Made by a program: the position numbers and the translations under genes
Notes under the pieces: model-generated
Seen by the model: the letters and a program-made list of their open reading frames with translations, nothing else
Database searches by the model: none
What the model was told of the DNA's origin: nothing
DNA from: a virus
Taxonomy: Duplodnaviria; Caudoviricetes
Strand: one strand, 5' to 3'
Length of the DNA: 25,345 bases
Virus record (IMG/VR): IMGVR_UViG_3300010047_000010
Location: 1 to 25,345 of that record
In this document: in pieces, positions 8,701 to 16,198 of the stretch
Position numbering within the stretch: the first letter of the stretch is position 1
How the letters are laid out: every line of letters starts with the position of its first letter

Positions 8701-9661
8701 GGTCAGCATCCCAGGTGGGGCGGCGGGGGCTGGTGGTGCATCACTGATCCTTGGGAGCAATACGGCGAAAGCGCGGCTGCAGACGAACAACGCGGCAGCG
8801 CTCCCGGCTTATGTGACACTCAGTACGAACCGTGATTCGATTGCCGGCACGCAGGACGATGCAACGAAATCCTCATGGGGCCTCTCGTTGAATGCGGCAT
8901 CCGCCAATGATAGCGCAACTATCTGGCGTCAACCGGCGGGCGGGACGGCGACGAACTTCGTGTCCGTCTTGAGTGATGGATCGCTCGTTCTGCCGGCAGT
9001 TTCAGGACAGCCCGCTACGATAGTCGTAGGGAATCGCACCGCGAAAAGTCGGTGGCTTGCGCTGGGAAACCTAGACTTGAGCCAGTTGACGCATAACTGG
9101 GCAATCGCAGCGGACAATACCACGGGGAGCCAAGACGACGGCACGAAATCATCGTGGATCATGCAACTGAATGCGGGTGGCGATGTATACCGCATATTGC
9201 GCGCCCCCGCAGGCAGTACGACACCAGCGATCCTGCTCACGCTCGACAGCTCGGCCAACTTCAACCTGACCGGCCCTACGGTGGGCACCACGGGGAATCT
9301 TACGATCAATGGCAACACCGCGACGAAGAATACCGGCACGGCGTGGGTCAATCCCTCCGATCCGAGGTTGAAGACCGACGTCATCGCCTACGCCAAGGGG
9401 CTCGCGGAGATCGTGGCGCTCGACCCGATCGAGTACACGCTCAAATCCATGCCCAACGGGCCGCGCTGCTACGGGTTTGATGCCGAGAAGGTGCGCGCCG
9501 TGTTCCCCGAATGCGTCACCGAAACTCGCATGAAGCTGGATCCCGCCGACGAGGAGGAGACCGACGACGTCCTCGTCTTCGACATGCATCCGATCTTGGT
9601 CGCGCTCGTCGGTGCGATGAAGGAAGTGAGTGCGCGGCTCGCCGCGCTGGAGGCACGATGA
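8531..9661 (+). CDS. Tail fibre 2 with C-terminal peptidase S74 chaperone (paralogue of fibre 1)
   Basis: N-terminal DFPNPPLTVGQQY...YQWDGTVW module; SDPRLKTDV; GFDAEKVRAVFPECV; LVGAMKEVSARLAALE. Confidence 0.85.
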   Translation: MAALDFPNPPLTVGQQYAGTNGVIYQWDGTVWTVPLGGTDPWTVSGATLTPTDATKTVSIPGGAAGAGGASLILGSNTAKARLQTNNAAALPAYVTLSTNRDSIAGTQDDATKSSWGLSLNAASANDSATIWRQPAGGTATNFVSVLSDGSLVLPAVSGQPATIVVGNRTAKSRWLALGNLDLSQLTHNWAIAADNTTGSQDDGTKSSWIMQLNAGGDVYRILRAPAGSTTPAILLTLDSSANFNLTGPTVGTTGNLTINGNTATKNTGTAWVNPSDPRLKTDVIAYAKGLAEIVALDPIEYTLKSMPNGPRCYGFDAEKVRAVFPECVTETRMKLDPADEEETDDVLVFDMHPILVALVGAMKEVSARLAALEAR

Positions 9662-9879
9662 CCCGTGACGATTTGACCCGACGCCTAGAACTCCTGACCG
9701 ACCGCTTGATGCGGCAGCGCCTCCAACTGCAGGAGGCGCAGCGGATGGCGCGCGACTGCGAAGCCGCGTGTCACCAACTGGAAGGGGCCATCGGCACCGT
9801 GCGGGAACTGCTCGAGGGCGAGCCGGTCGGTGAGCCGGTGAGCCCGAACGGCGCAGACCCGGAGATGCCGTCTGGATGA
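9658..9879 (+). CDS. Small coiled-coil protein (73 aa), possible fibre assembly factor
   Basis: ATGA overlaps at both ends; SD GGAGG; heptad pattern LELLTDRLMRQRLQLQEAQ...LEGAIGTVRELL. Confidence 0.65.
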   Translation: MTRDDLTRRLELLTDRLMRQRLQLQEAQRMARDCEAACHQLEGAIGTVRELLEGEPVGEPVSPNGADPEMPSG

Positions 9880-10691
9880 ACACGATCAAGGTCACCGGGA
9901 CGGGTAGCATCGAGCAGCGCCTGAAGGCGCTGGAGCAAGCCGTCAACTACGGCGAGGTCGTGCTGCCCTTCAACCTCGGGGACGGTGGTGGTGGCGCTGG
10001 GGAGCCGGGACCACCGGGCCCGCAGGGACCGGCGGGGCCTGCCGGTCCAGGTGTGGCGGCAGGCGGGACGACAGGCCAAGTGTTGGAGAAGCGGACGGGG
10101 ACCGACTACGACACGGTGTGGGCCGATCCGCCGGTCTCGGAGGGCCTCACGGGGACGTGGAACTACAAGGGCTCGACCGGGATTGTCGATCCAGGTACGC
10201 GCAATGTCGGCCTAGATTCCGCCGCAGCGCCCACGGTGGCCGTGTTCTCGACCACGACAGTGCCCGGGAACGATGCCCGCAACGTCCTCGTGACCACGGA
10301 GCCCGGCGACATCCTCGTCGCGCAGCAGCGGGACGACGCATCTAAATGGGCGCGATATCAGGTCCGCGCCCCCGTCGTGGATCACGGTGTCTGGTTCGAG
10401 ATACCGGTGACGGTGATCTCCGGCGGTACGGGTGGGGGTCCGACGCTCAACGCGGACATCATCGTCCAATTCCAGCGGTCGACGACGGCGGCGGCGCTGG
10501 CCTACCGCCACGTCCAGGCGTCGGCGGCGACGACGTGGTCGATCACGCATAACCTATCCTTCCGGCCCAACGTGACGGCAGTGGACTCCACGGGTCGTGC
10601 GATCTGGCCGGGCGCACTCGACTACACCAGTACCACAGCAGTCCAGCTCACGTTCTCGGCGGCGGTCGCGGGCGAGGCGTATTGTAGTTAG
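9876..10691 (+). CDS. Collagen-like repeat virion fibre protein
   Basis: Six G-X-Y triplets GEPGPPGPQGPAGPAGPG (9999-10052), GGTTGQVLEKRTGTDYDTVW, and C-terminal HVQASAATTWSITHNL module typical of phage fibre-associated proteins. Confidence 0.75.
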   Translation: MNTIKVTGTGSIEQRLKALEQAVNYGEVVLPFNLGDGGGGAGEPGPPGPQGPAGPAGPGVAAGGTTGQVLEKRTGTDYDTVWADPPVSEGLTGTWNYKGSTGIVDPGTRNVGLDSAAAPTVAVFSTTTVPGNDARNVLVTTEPGDILVAQQRDDASKWARYQVRAPVVDHGVWFEIPVTVISGGTGGGPTLNADIIVQFQRSTTAAALAYRHVQASAATTWSITHNLSFRPNVTAVDSTGRAIWPGALDYTSTTAVQLTFSAAVAGEAYCS

Positions 10692-10702
10692 GGGGCGCGG
10701 TC

Positions 10703-11935
10703 ATGCCGACCATCTACGGTGCCGTCGATCTGGTGAAGAACGAGCTGCGCAATGCCGTGATGCAGAATCTCGGCACTGCGCCCAGCGCGCCGGTCAAGGG
10801 GTTGATGTACTTCAACTCCGCCGACAACACCTTCTACTGGTACGACGGCACGCAGTGGGTGGCGGCGAAGGGCTCGACCATCGCGCCAGCGACCACCGTC
10901 ACGACCCAGGCCATCGGGGATGCGCCCGTCGTCGGCACGCTCACCAGCTACGCCCGCGAGGATCACAAGCACGGCGAGCCGGCCTTCGGGGCGGTGACCG
11001 CGCAGACCACCTTCGGTGCGGCGTCTGGCAACGGGAGCGCCGCGACACTGCCGCGCTCCGATCACACGCATGGCACGCCGGTCCACGACAACGCGGCGCA
11101 TGCGGCGATCAACCACTCTGCGCTCGCGCCGCCGACGGCAGACGTGAGCTGGGGGGGCTTTAAGCTCATCAATCTGGGGAACCCGACGCTCTCCACCGAC
11201 GCGGCCAATAAGGGCTATGTCGATAACGCGATCAACGGACTGAGTTGGAAAGACACGGTGCGGTGTGCCTCGACCGCCAACGTCAACGTCGCCGCCGGAG
11301 GCAACCAGACCATCGATGGCGTGCTGACGGTGACGGGCGATCGGGTGCTGTTGAAGAACCAGACGGCACCTGCTGAGAATGGAATCTGGATCGCAGACAC
11401 GAATCCGTGGGTGCGTTCGCAGGACGCTGACTCAGAATCCGACCTCCTGAACGCCGCGGTATTTGTCTCGGCGGGCACGACGCAGGCGGACACCGCGTGG
11501 GTGATGACCACGAACGCGCCGATCACCGTGAACACGACGGCGCTCACCTGGGCGCAGTTCGGGGCACCGGCGAGCTACATCGCAGGTGCCGGCCTCACCT
11601 TGACCGGCAATACCTTCGACGTGGGGGCCGGGACGGGCATCACCGTAGCCGCTGACTCCGTGGCGGTCGACACGACCGTCATCGCGACCCAAGCGTACGT
11701 CAACACCGCCGTCACCGGGATGGCGAAGAAGTTCGCCGCCGCACTCACCGGCACCGCCTCGCCGGAAACGGTGACACACAATTTGAACACGAGAGATATC
11801 CACCTCATGGTCTACAATGGTGCGTCTCCCTACACCGCCGTCGAGGTCGACTGGGACGCCGCCACCGTCAACACGGCGACCGTCAGGTACAATCCGAATC
11901 TCGGGGCGGGCTATCGCGTGGTGGTGATGGGCTGA
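10703..11935 (+). CDS. Tail fibre-like protein
   Basis: NLGNPTLSTDAANKGYVD neck motif, WKDTVRCASTAN...IDGV...GDRVLLKNQTAPAENGIW domain, AGAGLTLTGN repeat, HxH motifs and C-terminal VTHNLNTRD. Confidence 0.8.
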   Translation: MPTIYGAVDLVKNELRNAVMQNLGTAPSAPVKGLMYFNSADNTFYWYDGTQWVAAKGSTIAPATTVTTQAIGDAPVVGTLTSYAREDHKHGEPAFGAVTAQTTFGAASGNGSAATLPRSDHTHGTPVHDNAAHAAINHSALAPPTADVSWGGFKLINLGNPTLSTDAANKGYVDNAINGLSWKDTVRCASTANVNVAAGGNQTIDGVLTVTGDRVLLKNQTAPAENGIWIADTNPWVRSQDADSESDLLNAAVFVSAGTTQADTAWVMTTNAPITVNTTALTWAQFGAPASYIAGAGLTLTGNTFDVGAGTGITVAADSVAVDTTVIATQAYVNTAVTGMAKKFAAALTGTASPETVTHNLNTRDIHLMVYNGASPYTAVEVDWDAATVNTATVRYNPNLGAGYRVVVMG

Positions 11936-12198
11936 TGCGCGCCTACGGCATCACCAACGCCGCGCCCTACGCGACCGCCCCGGCGGTCGGCGTCGCTGGC
12001 GACAGCTATTGGAACACGACGACGAAGACCCTCTACGTCTCCGATGGCACGTCCTGGATCGCCACGGGACCGGTCGCCGCGTCGGGCGTGACAGCGGGCA
12101 CGTACGGCAGCACGACCCGGATTGCGCGCATCACGATCAACGCCGAGGGGCGGATCACGGCGGTGACGGAAGTGAAGCCCACCGCGTTCTGGGGATGA
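11935..12198 (+). CDS. Small fibre-associated protein (87 aa)
   Basis: GDSYWNTTTKTLYVSDGTSW module plus SGVTAGTYG...ITINAEGRITA fibre repeat; TGATG overlap with the upstream gene. Confidence 0.7.
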   Translation: MRAYGITNAAPYATAPAVGVAGDSYWNTTTKTLYVSDGTSWIATGPVAASGVTAGTYGSTTRIARITINAEGRITAVTEVKPTAFWG

Positions 12199-12201
12199 GC
12201 G

Positions 12202-12585
12202 GTGGCGTCGATCTCCGCGACGACGCCCACAGCGGTCGGTGGCTTCTCGATCCCGTGGGACCAGCTCCGGAAGCTCCTGCCCGACGAGCGGTGGGCGCTG
12301 TACGGCGCTGGCTATGTCGTCCTGGGCGGGCCCGCCGTCATCGCGAGCATCACCTACCAGAAGGACGACGGCACGCTGATTACCTTGGGGACGAAGACGT
12401 TTTCGAGTAGTGGGAAGGTGGAGATGGGACCGTATCCGCTGCGTGGACAGTTCGCGGAGGCGGCAGGCGTGCCGCAGGAGAACATCATCACCGTCGCCTT
12501 GCAGGGCGCGCTCGCCTCGAGCGGCACCGCCGCCTCGATGACGCGCTGGACGCTCTGGCTCCGGATGTCCCCCCGCAACGTATGA
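12202..12585 (+). CDS. Hypothetical virion-associated protein (127 aa)
   Basis: GTG start 3 nt after the previous stop, ATGA overlap with the next gene; codon style matches neighbours. Confidence 0.65.
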   Translation: MASISATTPTAVGGFSIPWDQLRKLLPDERWALYGAGYVVLGGPAVIASITYQKDDGTLITLGTKTFSSSGKVEMGPYPLRGQFAEAAGVPQENIITVALQGALASSGTAASMTRWTLWLRMSPRNV

Positions 12586-13436
12586 TCAACATCTACGAGA
12601 TCGTGACGCCGGCGCAGTTCGGCCTCCTCGCGGAGGAGCTCCGCGCGACGATCCCCTCGATGGCGCAGGAGTTCGAGCGGGACAAGACGGTCGAGGAAGC
12701 CTGGATCGATTTGACGAAGTATCTCGCGCAGCGTCCGCACGCCGGGATCTGGGTGGCGCTGGAGGACGGGGCCCTGACAGCGTGGTCGGCCGCGAAGGTG
12801 TACGTCGACCTCCCGAACACGATCACCGCCGCCGTCACCTGGGCCTGGGCGCGGGCGGGTGCCGGCGAGGCCCCGACGCTCTTGGGTGACGTCATGTGCG
12901 CGTGGGCGCGGGGGCACGCCGCGACCGCGCTCTACGCGGCCAGACGGACCCGACTGGATGCCTACGCTCGGTGGGTGGGCAGGCATGGATACGTTTTCGA
13001 TAGGGTGATATTCGTCCGCAGGCTGACGGAGAACGCCGCTGCCCCGGCGCTCGAGGAGGGTGCTTCCCATGAGCTTCGGTGGCAAGGGGTCGAGCTACCA
13101 GTGGGAGAAGGGCGTGTCGGCGCGGAGGGCCCCGGCGCGCCTCCAGATGCCGTACGACCAGCTGGTGCGCGGGCTGATCGGCCAGATGGCGGAACCCCCG
13201 GAGACGGCGATCTCGACACCGCTCCAGCAGGCGATCTCAAACCTCCAAAGCGGCGACGTCGGACGCGCGTACGGACTCGGCGGCGGGATCGCCAGTCGGC
13301 TGTCGGGACAGGCGATGGACACGGGCGCGACCGGCGGCGGGTCAACGGGGTCCGCTGGCGGGACCGCACCTGGATTCCGACCGGGGTCGTTCCTCCCCGG
13401 CGCGGAAGGCGGGCAGCAAGGCCTCCAGACGCGTGA
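12582..13436 (+). CDS. GNAT-fold-like protein (T7 gp13 position); globular part ends near 13030 and the C-terminal extension overlaps the next gene
   Basis: First ~150 aa follow an acetyltransferase-like layout (IWVALEDGALTAW...LLGDVMCAWARGHAATALY...YARWVGRHGYVFDRVIFVRRL) and precede the internal virion genes. The remainder is Arg-rich and looks like a shadow frame. Confidence 0.55.
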   Translation: MINIYEIVTPAQFGLLAEELRATIPSMAQEFERDKTVEEAWIDLTKYLAQRPHAGIWVALEDGALTAWSAAKVYVDLPNTITAAVTWAWARAGAGEAPTLLGDVMCAWARGHAATALYAARRTRLDAYARWVGRHGYVFDRVIFVRRLTENAAAPALEEGASHELRWQGVELPVGEGRVGAEGPGAPPDAVRPAGARADRPDGGTPGDGDLDTAPAGDLKPPKRRRRTRVRTRRRDRQSAVGTGDGHGRDRRRVNGVRWRDRTWIPTGVVPPRRGRRAARPPDA

Positions 13437-13692
13437 GCAACTCGGCCTCCCGGCGCGCGAGTCGTACTTCCCATTGACGCCGACGAAGGAGGACATCGAA
13501 GCCATCGGGATGGCTCCCGTCCGCTCGCAGGTGAAGCAGCGAAACGTCCTCCAGAATCAGATCGATCGCCTGCAGGCCCGGATGAATGTGCGCGAGGCGA
13601 TGGGCAAGCCGACCGAGAAAGTATCGAAGAAGCTCGAGAAGGCGAAGATCCGCAAGGAGGCGCAACCCACAGGACCGACCTACCGACCCTAG
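13069..13692 (+). CDS. Probable internal virion/ejection protein (207 aa)
   Basis: SD GAGGAGG at 13053-13059, ATG at 13069; Gly-rich start MSFGGKGSS typical of podovirus internal proteins; basic coiled-coil C-terminus. Confidence 0.7.
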   Translation: MSFGGKGSSYQWEKGVSARRAPARLQMPYDQLVRGLIGQMAEPPETAISTPLQQAISNLQSGDVGRAYGLGGGIASRLSGQAMDTGATGGGSTGSAGGTAPGFRPGSFLPGAEGGQQGLQTREQLGLPARESYFPLTPTKEDIEAIGMAPVRSQVKQRNVLQNQIDRLQARMNVREAMGKPTEKVSKKLEKAKIRKEAQPTGPTYRP

Positions 13693-13701
13693 GAGCAGGC
13701 G

Positions 13702-14454
13702 ATGCCCTTCCTCGCAGCGATCGTTCCCGCCCTTGCCGCCGCAGGAAGCGCGGTGGGTACGGGTGCGGCAGCGGCGGGGAGCACGCTCGCCGGCCTCGCT
13801 GGCACCGTAGGGAGCGCGCTGGGGAGCGCCCTCGGTGCTGGCGGCGCAACAGCGGTCCCGGCAGCAGCAGGAGTCGGCACCGGCCTTGCGACCGCCGCAC
13901 CAGCGGCGGCAGGTGGCCTCGCGACTGCTGCGCCTGCCGCTGCAGGAGCGACTGGACTTGGCGCAGCGGGCGGGGCGGGAGCTGCTACGCCGCTCCTCGC
14001 CGCCGCAGGCCCGGAGGCGGGTACGCTCGCATCGGGACTCTCGACGCCGCTTGCGGCAGGCCCCGCTCCGCTGCTGTCGGCAGGGGCTCCCGGTGCCGAG
14101 GCAATCACCGCAGGCGCGAGCGGGGCGACGTCACCGGTCACGGTGACAGCCGAGATGACGCCCCAGATCGCGCCAGCGACGCCGTCGACTACCCTGCCAC
14201 CGGCTGCGGGGACAACGGCTAGCCCCTCGAGCAGCACCGGGTTCTGGTCGCATCCGCTCCAGTCCACGAACACCTTCCTCCGAGAGAACGAGCCGATCCT
14301 CAAGGTGTTGCAGAGCGGGACGCAGATGGCTGGTGGACGACGCGGGGGCGGCACGACGCAGCAACTCACGCCTCGCCCACAACTCCCGGCGGTGACTCCC
14401 CCGCCGCAGCTCGACCGACTCGCGTTCCTCCGCGCGTTCGGGATGCAGGGGTGA
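13702..14454 (+). CDS. Ala/Gly-rich probable ejection (pilot-like) protein
   Basis: SD AGGAG; long hydrophobic Ala/Gly N-terminal region; C-terminal DRLAFLRAFGMQG. Confidence 0.7.
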   Translation: MPFLAAIVPALAAAGSAVGTGAAAAGSTLAGLAGTVGSALGSALGAGGATAVPAAAGVGTGLATAAPAAAGGLATAAPAAAGATGLGAAGGAGAATPLLAAAGPEAGTLASGLSTPLAAGPAPLLSAGAPGAEAITAGASGATSPVTVTAEMTPQIAPATPSTTLPPAAGTTASPSSSTGFWSHPLQSTNTFLRENEPILKVLQSGTQMAGGRRGGGTTQQLTPRPQLPAVTPPPQLDRLAFLRAFGMQG

Positions 14455-14459
14455 CCTGA

Positions 14460-14687
14460 ATGGCTGGCGGCGGCGGGGGACAGTCGATGCTGGGCGGTTT
14501 GATGTCCCAGATGAACAATCCGTTCAGCGGGGACGTGCAGAGTGCCCTCGATCCGATGGGGATCTTCTACAAGCCGCCGCCACCGACGAAGCCCTTCCTC
14601 GAGGCACCAGAGGCGCTCCCGACGATGGCGACGCCGCAATCGACGGATCGGCTCGCGTTTCTCAAGTCGTTCGGACTCCAAGGATAA
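14460..14687 (+). CDS. Small probable internal virion protein (75 aa)
   Basis: MAGGGGGQSMLGG start; C-terminal DRLAFLKSFGLQG shared with the upstream gene. Confidence 0.7.
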   Translation: MAGGGGGQSMLGGLMSQMNNPFSGDVQSALDPMGIFYKPPPPTKPFLEAPEALPTMATPQSTDRLAFLKSFGLQG

Positions 14688-14697
14688 GGAGCAGACG

Positions 14698-15198
14698 ATG
14701 GCACAGACCAACCCACCGATAGGATCGAGCCCGCTTGCGAACATGGGCCAACAGCCGAACATGGCGAACCTTGCCAACCAGCTCCAAGGTCAGGTCTGGC
14801 GCGGCCCGGTGCCTGGGCAAACACCACAGCAGGGACTAGGTGGTGCACTCGGCTCGATGGGATCGCCCGGTTCCTCGACTGGCGTGGCACAGAGTCCGAA
14901 CAACGCGCAGCTCGCCAATCAGCTCGCCGCACAGATGGGGGGCCAACAACGCCAGAACCCCTTCGCCGGTCAACTCGGTGCGCAGATGGGGGCGGGTGCG
15001 GGACAGCCAGCGAACATGGCGAACATGGCGGGGCAGCTGCGAGCACAGATGCGACCGGGACGGCTGAACACGATGCAGCCGATGCCGCCCATGGGGGCAC
15101 CGGGACGCGGGCCGGGACAGGGAAAGGGTGCCGGCAATCCCGCGCAGATGCAGGCGATGAAGCAGCAGATCGCGCGACTGCCTGGTGCGCCGAGGTAA
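14698..15198 (+). CDS. Gln/Asn/Met/Gly-rich low-complexity protein (166 aa)
   Basis: SD AAGGAG then ATG at 14698 (MAQTNPPIG...); internal A(N/G)QLxxQ repeats. Confidence 0.7.
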   Translation: MAQTNPPIGSSPLANMGQQPNMANLANQLQGQVWRGPVPGQTPQQGLGGALGSMGSPGSSTGVAQSPNNAQLANQLAAQMGGQQRQNPFAGQLGAQMGAGAGQPANMANMAGQLRAQMRPGRLNTMQPMPPMGAPGRGPGQGKGAGNPAQMQAMKQQIARLPGAPR

Positions 15199-15204
15199 GA
15201 TCCG

Positions 15205-16194
15205 ATGGCGCAGAAGAAGAAGCCTGCTGGTGCGCCGGCACAGGGTGCGGGTGGCCAGAAGGCGGCGGGACAAGCGGCCCCGCCGTCGAAGCCGAAGGCG
15301 CAACCGCAGCCGAAGCAGCCGAAGCAGAAGGCTCCGGCAGGCGCGCCAGGACAGGGCGCGGGTGGGAAAGCTGGACAGCCCGCGCAGCCGAAGGCGAGGC
15401 CACTCACCCAGCAGCAGACGAAGGGACTCGCAAAGGCGCAGGCGGGCGGCAACGAAGCCCAGTACCTCGCGAAGCATCCAGGCGTCGCGAAGCACCAGCA
15501 GAAGATCGGAGCCGCGCCTGCTGCGGCACCGGGCGCTCCTGCCCCGACACCGGGTGCGCCCGCACAGGGCGCGGGCGGCAACAAGGGCAACGCGGTGAAC
15601 GCTGCGACGCAGCCGCCCGCACCGGGCACGGATACGGGGGCCACGCCCGGCGCGAGCGCCGACACGACCGGACAGGGTGCCGCTGCCGCTCCCACGGTAC
15701 AGGACATCCTGAACAAGCAGTACGGGTCCAACGCCGCGCAGACCTTCCAGCAGGACTGGTACGGCGGCAACCCGCTGACGACGGCGTCGGCGGCGGCGAA
15801 TCGTCTCCTTGGGCAGAATCTCGCGGACGTTCGTGCGCGCTACGCCGGCAGCGGCTTCGGGAACTCGGCGCGCGAGGCGCTTGCGGAAGGGACGGCAGTG
15901 GGCGACGTGGCGACGAATCTCGGCGCGAACCTCGCGCAGTTGGGGACACAGGTGCGGGGAGAGGATCTCAACCGGCTCGCGAACATGTTCCAGACCGCCG
16001 GTGAGCAGGACATCCAGCAGAAGCAGATCGGAGCCGATCTCAACCAGCAGCTCGCGAACCTCGGCACCGGCATCACCGGGATCGGCGCGAGCGAGCAGCA
16101 GATCCCCGGTGCCGAACTCATCACGACGCTGCTGACGAACATGTCGCAGCAGCCGACGTTCTCGCAGGGCGCGCAGAAGCAGCCGAGGAAGTGA
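15205..16194 (+). CDS. Probable internal virion/ejection protein (329 aa)
   Basis: SD GAGG; K/Q/P/A/G-rich N-terminal half, then a helical domain with ARYAGSGFGNSAREALAEG resembling the G-x-F-G-x-S-x-R signature of podovirus DNA-transfer proteins. Confidence 0.7.
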   Translation: MAQKKKPAGAPAQGAGGQKAAGQAAPPSKPKAQPQPKQPKQKAPAGAPGQGAGGKAGQPAQPKARPLTQQQTKGLAKAQAGGNEAQYLAKHPGVAKHQQKIGAAPAAAPGAPAPTPGAPAQGAGGNKGNAVNAATQPPAPGTDTGATPGASADTTGQGAAAAPTVQDILNKQYGSNAAQTFQQDWYGGNPLTTASAAANRLLGQNLADVRARYAGSGFGNSAREALAEGTAVGDVATNLGANLAQLGTQVRGEDLNRLANMFQTAGEQDIQQKQIGADLNQQLANLGTGITGIGASEQQIPGAELITTLLTNMSQQPTFSQGAQKQPRK

Positions 16195-16198
16195 AGCG

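Noticed and set aside
7195-9661. Diversity-generating retroelement acting on the fibres
   Set aside because: No reverse transcriptase in the window, the 41-bp repeat is identical rather than differing at adenines, and the variable part is internal rather than C-terminal.
13702-14200. Ala/Gly-rich protein as a tape measure or PE-PGRS-like host gene
   Set aside because: Too short for a tape measure, no tail tube genes present, and it sits within the internal-protein cluster.
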